This document shows positions 57,575-64,000 of a DNA stretch of 64,000 nucleotides, piece by piece. Numbering within the stretch: position 1 is the stretch's first letter; each line of letters opens with the position of its first letter. Made by a program: the position numbers and the translations under genes. The stretch is from the NCBI GenBank assembly GCA_945874765.1, contig CAMCHQ010000009.1, positions 6,186-70,185 of the forward strand, read 5' to 3'. The stretch is from an uncultured Clostridia bacterium. Lineage in GTDB: Bacteria; Bacillota; Clostridia; Oscillospirales; Acutalibacteraceae. The notes beneath the pieces were generated by a model. That model saw only the letters and a list, made by a program, of their open reading frames with translations, did no database searches and was not told the origin of the DNA.

Positions 57575-58409
57575 TGATAACTCCTATTTGAGCCGTGATT
57601 GAGTTTAGTAAATCGTCATATTTTAAAATGTCACTTTTTATATCAAAGCCGTTACTGTTTAATAAACCGGCAATTTCTTTTGAATTGCAAATTCCTATAT
57701 TCAGTTTGTTTAAAAGCTCATTTTGATTAAAAACTTCGTTTGGCTTATCGTCTAAAACAATTTTGCCGCCGTCCATTACAAGTATCCTGTTTGCATATTC
57801 GGCTAAGTAATCGGTATTGTGCGATATAATTATAATTGTTTTTCCATTTTGTTTTAATGATGATAACAGTTTCATAAAACTTTCTCTTGAATTATAGTCA
57901 AGACCTGCTATCGGCTCGTCAAATATAAGATATTTAGGCTTGCAAACAAGTATTCCGGCAACTGCGACCTTTCTTTTTTCCCCGCCTGAAAGTGCAAGAG
58001 GGGATTTGTCTTTTATTTTGTCAAAATTAAGACCCAAAAGTGAAAGCACCGCTTTTGCTCTTTTGTATTTTTCGTCATAAGTAAGCTTATATTGTTTTAA
58101 ACCAAAGAAAATATCTTTTTCAACAGTCTGCTCGAATAATTGCATTTCCGGAAATTGAAATACTATTCCGAGATTTCTGCGCAGTATTCTTTTATCGAAT
58201 TTCTTGTTTGTTATATCATTGCCATCAATGAATATTTGACCTCTGTCGCATTTTATAAGACCGGCAATCAGCTGAACAAGTGTTGATTTACCGCAACCCG
58301 TGTTTCCTATAATTCCTATCATTTCACCGTCATTTATTTTTAAATTCATATTATAAATAAACGGTTTATCGTTATAGGAAAATGAAAGACTTTTTATTTC
58401 AATCGGCAT
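57567..58409 (-). CDS. ecfA2: ECF transporter ATPase EcfA2
   Basis: Walker A GNTGCGKST, signature LSGGEKRKVA, Walker B LIFDEP. Confidence 0.88.
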   Translation of the reverse strand: MPIEIKSLSFSYNDKPFIYNMNLKINDGEMIGIIGNTGCGKSTLVQLIAGLIKCDRGQIFIDGNDITNKKFDKRILRRNLGIVFQFPEMQLFEQTVEKDIFFGLKQYKLTYDEKYKRAKAVLSLLGLNFDKIKDKSPLALSGGEKRKVAVAGILVCKPKYLIFDEPIAGLDYNSRESFMKLLSSLKQNGKTIIIISHNTDYLAEYANRILVMDGGKIVLDDKPNEVFNQNELLNKLNIGICNSKEIAGLLNSNGFDIKSDILKYDDLLNSITAQIGVIND

Positions 58410-59221
58410 ATCAGTTCCACCAGCCTTTCATTATTTAGCGGGCATTCGTCAAGTAAAATGCCTCTTTTCTTTAAATCGTTGTATATTTTAACACAGTAGG
58501 GGACTGCGATTTGTGATTTTTCTGTAAGTTCGTTATTTGAATATATTTTTTTCGGTGTGTCATTTGCAATTATTTCACCGCTGTTCATAACAATTATCCT
58601 GTCCGTATTTACGGTTTCCTCTGCATATTGCGTAATCATAATAATTGTTATGTCGGTTTCCTTGTGAAGCTTGAGAATTGTATCCAAAACATCTTTTCTT
58701 GAATTAGGCGAAAGCATTGTAGTAGCTTCGTCAAGTATGATTATATCGGGCTTTATGCAAAGTATTCCCGCAAGAGCAAGCCTTTGCTTCTGACCGCCTG
58801 AAAGTGAAAATATATCTCTGTTTTCAAAGCTTTTGAGACCGACAAGCGAAAGTGCGTCGTCAATAGTTTTATCATCATATTTTATATCATAATTTTTCAA
58901 GGAAAATTCAATATCCTCTTTTACAACGGTTGAAACAAATTGATTGTCGGGATTTTGAAAAACCATACCGCACTTTTGTCTTATTTTGTAAATGTTTTTT
59001 GTATTGTTACAGTCAAGTGAAGCTACAGTAAGTACACCTTTTTGAAGCGGAATAAGGGCATTCAGATGCTTGACAAGAGTACTTTTGCCGCAGCCGTTTT
59101 TTCCGACAATTGATACAAATTCACCTTTATTGATTTTAAAAGAAATGTTATCAAGAGATTTAATTTCCTTTTGAGCAAATATATATGAATGACTAATGTT
59201 TTTAGCTTTAATAATATCCAC
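58394..59221 (-). CDS. ecfA1: ECF transporter ATPase EcfA1 (GTG start)
   Basis: Walker A GKNGCGKST, signature LSGGQKQRLA, Walker B IILDEA. Confidence 0.88.
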   Translation of the reverse strand: MDIIKAKNISHSYIFAQKEIKSLDNISFKINKGEFVSIVGKNGCGKSTLVKHLNALIPLQKGVLTVASLDCNNTKNIYKIRQKCGMVFQNPDNQFVSTVVKEDIEFSLKNYDIKYDDKTIDDALSLVGLKSFENRDIFSLSGGQKQRLALAGILCIKPDIIILDEATTMLSPNSRKDVLDTILKLHKETDITIIMITQYAEETVNTDRIIVMNSGEIIANDTPKKIYSNNELTEKSQIAVPYCVKIYNDLKKRGILLDECPLNNERLVELICRLK

Positions 59222-59254
59222 TTTATCTGCTCATCTCCTTAAAATCATATACAT

Positions 59255-59283
59255 ATTATATTTATATCTAAAGCGTTTTCCAA
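59255..59283 (-). promoter_or_regulatory. Sigma-A type promoter of the ECF operon
   Basis: On the minus strand: TTGGAA, 17 nt, TATAAT. Confidence 0.55.
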
Positions 59284-59298
59284 GCCCCCTTAGGGGTT

Positions 59299-59370
59299 AA
59301 AAAATTAAGGCACTGTTGCAAATTTGCAAAGCACCTTAAAAATAAAAGAAGCACCGAATAAATCGGTGCT
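59299..59370 (-). terminator. Two tandem rho-independent terminators after rpmB
   Basis: Hairpin agcaccga/tcggtgct (59350-59370) has a U-rich tail. The second long hairpin (59305-39) pairs fully only on the minus strand, through G-U pairs, and ends in U6. Confidence 0.7.
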
Positions 59371-59386
59371 GTTTTATGCGAAATAA

Positions 59387-59572
59387 TTAAGCTCTTTCAA
59401 CCTTACCTGAACGAAGACATCTTGTGCAAACATTTACTCTTTTAGGAGAGCCGTTTACAATAGCCTTAACTTTTTTAATGTTTGGTTTCCAGGTTCTGTT
59501 TGATCTTCTGTGTGAGTGAGAAACCTTGATGCCGAAAGATACGTCTTTTCCGCAGTATTCACATTTTGCCAT
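59387..59572 (-). CDS. rpmB: 50S ribosomal protein L28
   Basis: ATG 59572 follows AAGGAGGTG. MAKCEYCGK....G..VSHS.RR..R.W.PN. 61 aa. Confidence 0.93.
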   Translation of the reverse strand: MAKCEYCGKDVSFGIKVSHSHRRSNRTWKPNIKKVKAIVNGSPKRVNVCTRCLRSGKVERA

Positions 59573-59662
59573 TTGCGAACACCTCCTTGTCAATTTAGAA
59601 CGTAGATATATTATCACAATTGTTATCAAAATGCAAGCCTTTTTTTACTATTTTTTAATTTA

Positions 59663-59722
59663 GAACAAATATTTGCATATTTTTTATTTACTATTGATTT
59701 TAAATATCGAATTTAGTATAAT
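59663..59722 (+). promoter_or_regulatory. recA promoter (TTGATT-17-TATAAT, 59694-59722) with a degenerate LexA/Cheo-like box upstream (GAACAAATATTT, 59663-59674)
   Basis: The promoter hexamers are a good match. The box matches GAAC-N4-GTTT at 11 of 12 positions and lies upstream of the -35 rather than over it. Confidence 0.4.
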
Positions 59723-59751
59723 AAAAGGGAATTATGTTAGGAGGTTATCTG

Positions 59752-60873
59752 ATGGCAGTTGATAACAAAAAAGCGGCTCTCGAGGCTGCTATGAAAAATA
59801 TTAAAAAGAAATTCGGCGATGGTGCAGTTATGCGTCTCGGTGAAAATTCATCTCTTAAAGTTGACGCTATTCCCACAGGCTCTCTTACTCTTGATATTGC
59901 TACCGGAATAGGCGGACTTCCAAAGGGACGTATAATTGAAATTTACGGACCTGAATCAAGCGGTAAAACTACACTTGCACTTCATTGTATTGCAGAGGCT
60001 CAAAAGCTTGGCGGTGACGCAGCATTTGTTGATGCCGAGCACGCTCTTGACCCTGTATATGCTGCCAATTTAGGCGTTGATGTTGATTCTCTTATCGTAT
60101 CTCAGCCGGATTTCGGCGAGCAGGCACTTGAAATTACAGAGCAGCTTGTTTCAAGCGGTGCCGTTGATATTGTTGTTGTTGACTCTGTTGCCGCACTTGT
60201 TCCTAAGAGTGAAATTGAGGGCGATATGGGTGACAGCCACGTCGGTCAGCACGCAAGACTTATGTCACAGGCTTTAAGAATACTTGCAGGTACTATAAAT
60301 AAAACTAATTGTATTGTTATTTTCATTAACCAGCTTCGTGAAAAAATCGGCGTTATGTACGGTAACCCTGAAGTTACTACAGGCGGCCGTGCACTTAAAT
60401 TCTATTCATCAATGCGTATTGATGTCAGAAAGATTGAGCAGTTGAAGGGTCCGGGCAGTGAGTTTATCGGTTCTCGTACACGTGCTAAAATTGTTAAAAA
60501 TAAGGTTGCGCCTCCGTTTAAGAGTGCAGAATTTGATATTATGTACGGTGAAGGTATCAGCAAAGTCGGCGAAATTCTTGATATGGCTGTTCAGTATGAT
60601 ATCGTTCATAAGGGCGGCTCTTGGTTCTCTTACGGCGACCGCAGACTCGGACAGGGCAGAGATAATGTTAAAGCCATCTTAAAGAACGAGCCTGAACTTG
60701 CCGATGAGCTTGAAAAGAAAATTAAGGACAGAATTGCGGAAGATATTGCAAAGGCTAAGGAAGAGCGTATTGCAAAGGCAAACGCCGCTAAATCTGCACA
60801 GCCTGAAAAGAGAATTACCCGTGAAGAGGCTCTTGCTAAAATCAACATAATGGTTGAGGACGATGAGGACTGA
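59752..60873 (+). CDS. recA: Recombinase RecA
   Basis: ATG 59752 follows [49 protein letters not shown]. Confidence 0.97.
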   Translation: MAVDNKKAALEAAMKNIKKKFGDGAVMRLGENSSLKVDAIPTGSLTLDIATGIGGLPKGRIIEIYGPESSGKTTLALHCIAEAQKLGGDAAFVDAEHALDPVYAANLGVDVDSLIVSQPDFGEQALEITEQLVSSGAVDIVVVDSVAALVPKSEIEGDMGDSHVGQHARLMSQALRILAGTINKTNCIVIFINQLREKIGVMYGNPEVTTGGRALKFYSSMRIDVRKIEQLKGPGSEFIGSRTRAKIVKNKVAPPFKSAEFDIMYGEGISKVGEILDMAVQYDIVHKGGSWFSYGDRRLGQGRDNVKAILKNEPELADELEKKIKDRIAEDIAKAKEERIAKANAAKSAQPEKRITREEALAKINIMVEDDED

Positions 60874-61481
60874 TGATTTTAACTCATCAAAAGGGCAGAG
60901 GGACTAAAGTTCATCTGTTTCTTGACGGAGAATATGCCGCCACTACCGATGAAAACTGTTGGCTTGACAACTATATTTCAAACGGAACAGATATTGATGA
61001 TGAGCAGTGGCAGGCACTTCTTGTCAAAATAAATTACAAAAAAGCATTAAATAAATGTGCCGATTATTTATCAAGACGTGATTATTCCGTTAAAGAGCTT
61101 AAAACAAAGCTTTTAAAATCTGTTGACGAGGTAAGCGCTCAAAAAGCTGTTGACAGATATATTGAAGCCGGTTATCTTAATGATGAGAAATATTGTCAAA
61201 TGCTTATAGAGTATTTGCTAAGAGTTAAAAGATTTTCGCTGTCTAATATTAAGCAGGAATGTTTTAAGCGTGGTATTGACAGAGAGATTGTTGAAGATAA
61301 ACTGTCTGATTTTGAAATTGACAATGTTTCAACAGTTATTGAACTTATTAAAACAAAATACGCATCTAAGCTTAATCAGGAAAACGGAAAAGAAAAAGTA
61401 ATTGCCGCACTTCAAAGGAAAGGCTTTTACTATTCGGATATTAAATCGGCATTTTACAGGATAGAAGAATATGACGAATAA
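60873..61481 (+). CDS. recX: Recombination regulator RecX
   Basis: TGATG overlap with recA. Repeated three-helix modules (A...YLSRRDYS..EL..KL). Confidence 0.8.
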   Translation: MILTHQKGRGTKVHLFLDGEYAATTDENCWLDNYISNGTDIDDEQWQALLVKINYKKALNKCADYLSRRDYSVKELKTKLLKSVDEVSAQKAVDRYIEAGYLNDEKYCQMLIEYLLRVKRFSLSNIKQECFKRGIDREIVEDKLSDFEIDNVSTVIELIKTKYASKLNQENGKEKVIAALQRKGFYYSDIKSAFYRIEEYDE

Positions 61482-62790
61482 GGTAGGTATGATTTCACTC
61501 GGTTGTCCTAAAAATCAGGTCGACGGTGAAGTAATGCTCGAAAAATTAAATAAAAGCGGTTTTGAAATAGCGCAAAGTATCAAGGACAGCGATGTTATGA
61601 TTATTAACACCTGCGGCTTTATTGAGGATGCTAAGCGTGAAGCTATTGAAACTATATTAGAGGTTGCCGAATATAAAAAGGCAGGAATTATAAGCGCAAT
61701 TGTTGTTACAGGTTGCCTTGCGGAAAGATATCAGGACGAAATTATAAAAGAAATTCCCGAGGTTGATTCCGTTATAGGTATCGGTGCCGATAACGATATT
61801 GTTAAGGTTTGCCATAAGGCACTTCTCGGTGTCAGAACGAGTTTTTACCCTGATAAGAAATATTTGCTTCTTGAAGGTGACAGAATGCTATCCACACCTA
61901 AACATTGGGCTTATTTGAAAATCAGTGACGGTTGCGATAACAGGTGCTCTTATTGTGCAATTCCGCTTATTCGTGGCGGTTATATTGAGCGACCTATGGA
62001 AAATATCGTTAAAGAGGCACAAGACCTTGCCGCTAAGGGAATCAAGGAACTTATAATTATTGCTCAGGATACTACAAAATACGGCTTGAAGCTTTACGGC
62101 GAGTACAGACTTGCAAAGCTTTTAAAGGAACTTGTTAAGATTGACGGTATTGAATGGATTAGGCTTTATTATTGCTATCCTGACAGAGTTACAGATGAAC
62201 TTATTGACGTAATCGCAAATGAGGATAAGATTTGCCCTTATATTGATATTCCGCTTCAGCATTGTGATAAAAATATATTGAAAGCAATGCATAGAACAGG
62301 TTCTTATGATGAACTCAAAGAACTCCTTTTCAAAATGAAAGAGAAAATTCCTAACCTTGCACTGCGTACAACTTTTATGGTCGGTTTCCCGGGTGAAAGC
62401 GAAGAGGATTTTGAAGAACTTTGCAGATTTATTAAGGAAATTAAGTTTGACAAAATGGGCTGTTTTACATATTCACCCGAAGAAGATACTCCTGCTGCCG
62501 AGTTTGATAATCAAATTGACGAGGACGTTAAAAAAAGACGTGCCGACGTGCTTATGGATATTCAGTATTCAATCAGTGAGAAACTTAATAAGGCAAAAGT
62601 AGGCAATACATATAAAGTTATTGTTGACGCTTTTGTAGACGGAATTTATAACGGCAGAGCTTATTTTGACTCCCCTGAGATTGACAGCGGAATAATATTT
62701 AAAAGTGATGATAAGCTTGATATCGGCGAATTTGTCAATGTTAAAATTACAGGCTGTGACGGCTATGATTTGATTGGAGAAAAAGTATGA
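61471..62790 (+). CDS. rimO: Ribosomal protein S12 methylthiotransferase RimO
   Basis: SLGCPKNQVD, radical-SAM CDNRCSYCAIP, C-terminal TRAM domain. Confidence 0.92.
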   Translation: MTNKVGMISLGCPKNQVDGEVMLEKLNKSGFEIAQSIKDSDVMIINTCGFIEDAKREAIETILEVAEYKKAGIISAIVVTGCLAERYQDEIIKEIPEVDSVIGIGADNDIVKVCHKALLGVRTSFYPDKKYLLLEGDRMLSTPKHWAYLKISDGCDNRCSYCAIPLIRGGYIERPMENIVKEAQDLAAKGIKELIIIAQDTTKYGLKLYGEYRLAKLLKELVKIDGIEWIRLYYCYPDRVTDELIDVIANEDKICPYIDIPLQHCDKNILKAMHRTGSYDELKELLFKMKEKIPNLALRTTFMVGFPGESEEDFEELCRFIKEIKFDKMGCFTYSPEEDTPAAEFDNQIDEDVKKRRADVLMDIQYSISEKLNKAKVGNTYKVIVDAFVDGIYNGRAYFDSPEIDSGIIFKSDDKLDIGEFVNVKITGCDGYDLIGEKV

Positions 62791-63353
62791 ATTTACCAAA
62801 TAAAATAACAGTATTTCGTTTTTGCTGTATTCCTTTTTTAATGGCATTTTCGCTTATTGATTTTAAATACCATTGGGTTGCGGCGCTTCTTGTATATTTT
62901 GTCGCTTGTATGAGTGATAAGGCAGACGGTATTATCGCAAGAAAAAAAGGTCTTGTAACCGATTTCGGTAAGGTTATGGACCCTCTTTCCGATAAGACAC
63001 TTGTTTTTGCCGCTTATCTTGTATTTATCAATATGGGCTGGCATACGGAACTTTGTATTCTTCTTATGCTTGCAAGGGAATTTCTTGTTGCCGGTATAAG
63101 AATGCTTGCTGCCGCTAACGGTGAAGTTATTGCCGCAAACGGTTTCGGTAAGTGCAAAACGTTTCTTCAAATGTCAACCACGGGTATGACATACCTTCTC
63201 CTTGCAATCGGTGAGGGCTCTGCCGATATTACAACCTCAACTCCGTGGCTTAATGTTTATTGCGCCATTGCGTTTTGGATTGTAAGTGTTGTTGCTGTTT
63301 TGAGCGGTCTTATTTATGCAAAAGACGGTTGGCATTTAATTAAAACAAAATAA
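62787..63353 (+). CDS. pgsA: CDP-diacylglycerol--glycerol-3-phosphate 3-phosphatidyltransferase
   Basis: CDP-alcohol phosphatidyltransferase motif DKADGIIARK....DFGKVMDPLSDK. Confidence 0.9.
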   Translation: MNLPNKITVFRFCCIPFLMAFSLIDFKYHWVAALLVYFVACMSDKADGIIARKKGLVTDFGKVMDPLSDKTLVFAAYLVFINMGWHTELCILLMLAREFLVAGIRMLAAANGEVIAANGFGKCKTFLQMSTTGMTYLLLAIGEGSADITTSTPWLNVYCAIAFWIVSVVAVLSGLIYAKDGWHLIKTK

Positions 63354-63412
63354 TTGTTGCAAAATTCAAAAAAATATATATAATAGTAATAGAAATAATT
63401 GTTTAATATTAA

Positions 63413-63650
63413 AAACTGTGATGCAGAGAAGTAAGCAGGTAATTATTTATTCAGAGAATGAGCCGTTTTGCTGTGAGGCTTTATAAATAATCTGCCCAAA
63501 TGCACTGCTGAGTTGCTTAAAGGAAATCAGTATTTTAAGCCGTTTTGCCACGTTATAGGCATAAGCTGTATTATTAGCAGCCTAAGTATAAACAAGAGTG
63601 GAACCGCAGTATTTATTGCCTCTGTCAATTGACAGGGGCTTTTTGTTTTT
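63413..63650 (+). promoter_or_regulatory. T-box leader, probable Cys specifier (TGC at 63501-63503), with terminator
   Basis: Stem I elements (GTGATGcAGAGAAGTA, AGAGA, GCTGTGA). T-box sequence AACAAGAGTGGAACCGCAG (63591-63609). Terminator gcctctgtcaa/ttgacaggggc plus a T-run (63618-63650). The downstream gene is cysE. Confidence 0.8.
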
Positions 63651-63682
63651 TATATTGAACGCTATAAGGGAGATTTTATTAT

Positions 63683-64000
63683 ATGTTTGACTCATTTAAA
63701 GAGGACGTTAAAAGCTTTATGGAGCATGACCCTGCGGCAAGAAGTCCTATCGAAATAGTGCTTCTTTATCCGGGATTTAAAGCTTTGCAAAGTCATAAAA
63801 GAGCAAAGTGGTTTTTAAATCATAATATGCCTTTTATTGCGAGATATATCAGTCAGCGCTCGGCTCATAAAACAGGAATTGAAATTCATCCGGGCGCTAC
63901 AATCGGCAGAAGAGTGTGCATTGACCACGGTAACGGTATCGTTATCGGCGAAACAACGGAAATCGGCGACGATGTTATGATTTATCAGGGCGTAACCCTC
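63683..64000 (+). CDS. cysE: Serine O-acetyltransferase, N-terminal part (3' end lies right of the window)
   Basis: AAGGGAG RBS. DPAARS..E..L.YPGF.A...HR.A......F.AR..S......TGIEIHPGA.IG.R..IDHG.G.VIGET. hexapeptide repeats. Confidence 0.85.
   Translation, partial: MFDSFKEDVKSFMEHDPAARSPIEIVLLYPGFKALQSHKRAKWFLNHNMPFIARYISQRSAHKTGIEIHPGATIGRRVCIDHGNGIVIGETTEIGDDVMIYQGVTL

Overview
This is a low-GC chromosomal segment from a spore-forming member of the Clostridia. By eye the protein sequences look Oscillospiraceae/Ruminococcaceae-like, but I ran no search, so that is inference only. The window is almost entirely core genome with tight operons.

Gene content from left to right:
- trmK (partial), nif3, rqcH, ispD, ispF.
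- ctsR-mcsA-mcsB-clpC behind three CtsR operators.
- CIRCE-groES-groEL.
- A secreted FN3-tailed protein, a DhaS-type TetR regulator and a Wzy_C membrane protein.
- Two tandem membrane-anchored parvulin (PpiC) foldases.
- An intact pro-sigma-K gene.
- MATE and YhhN-like genes, an orphan protein and an SdpI-like protein.
- nifS-nifU-nadA-mnmA-nudix.
- A Lys-rich membrane protein convergent with an SDR/zinc-ribbon fusion.
- SAM-I riboswitch and metK.
- proC, spoIIID, a small anchored protein, a Prs-like gene and a GtrA-YfhO fusion, all on the minus strand.
- spoIIIAA-AH.
- asp23, nusB, a TsaD-like gene, xseAB, ispA, dxs, tlyA, nadK, argR, recN.
- tyrS.
- A choloylglycine (bile-salt) hydrolase and tRNA-Leu(CAA).
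- An ECF transporter module with an S component and a methyltransferase.
- rpmB, recA, recX, rimO, pgsA.
- A Cys T-box leader and cysE (partial).

I saw no rRNA, CRISPR array, IS element, integrase, phage genes or recognisable defence or toxin-antitoxin system, and no compelling self-contained novel system.

The parts worth a second look:
- An unassigned SDR/zinc-ribbon fusion whose codon usage indicates high expression.
- A repeat-containing Lys/Ala-tailed membrane protein next to it.
- The oppositely charged tandem parvulins beside a Wzy_C gene.
- The GtrA-YfhO fusion with a divergent Prs-like gene.
- The Fe-S operon, which carries nadA and a duplicated palindromic operator but has no adjacent regulator gene.

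All functional calls come from motif and synteny recognition by eye. No database search was possible.
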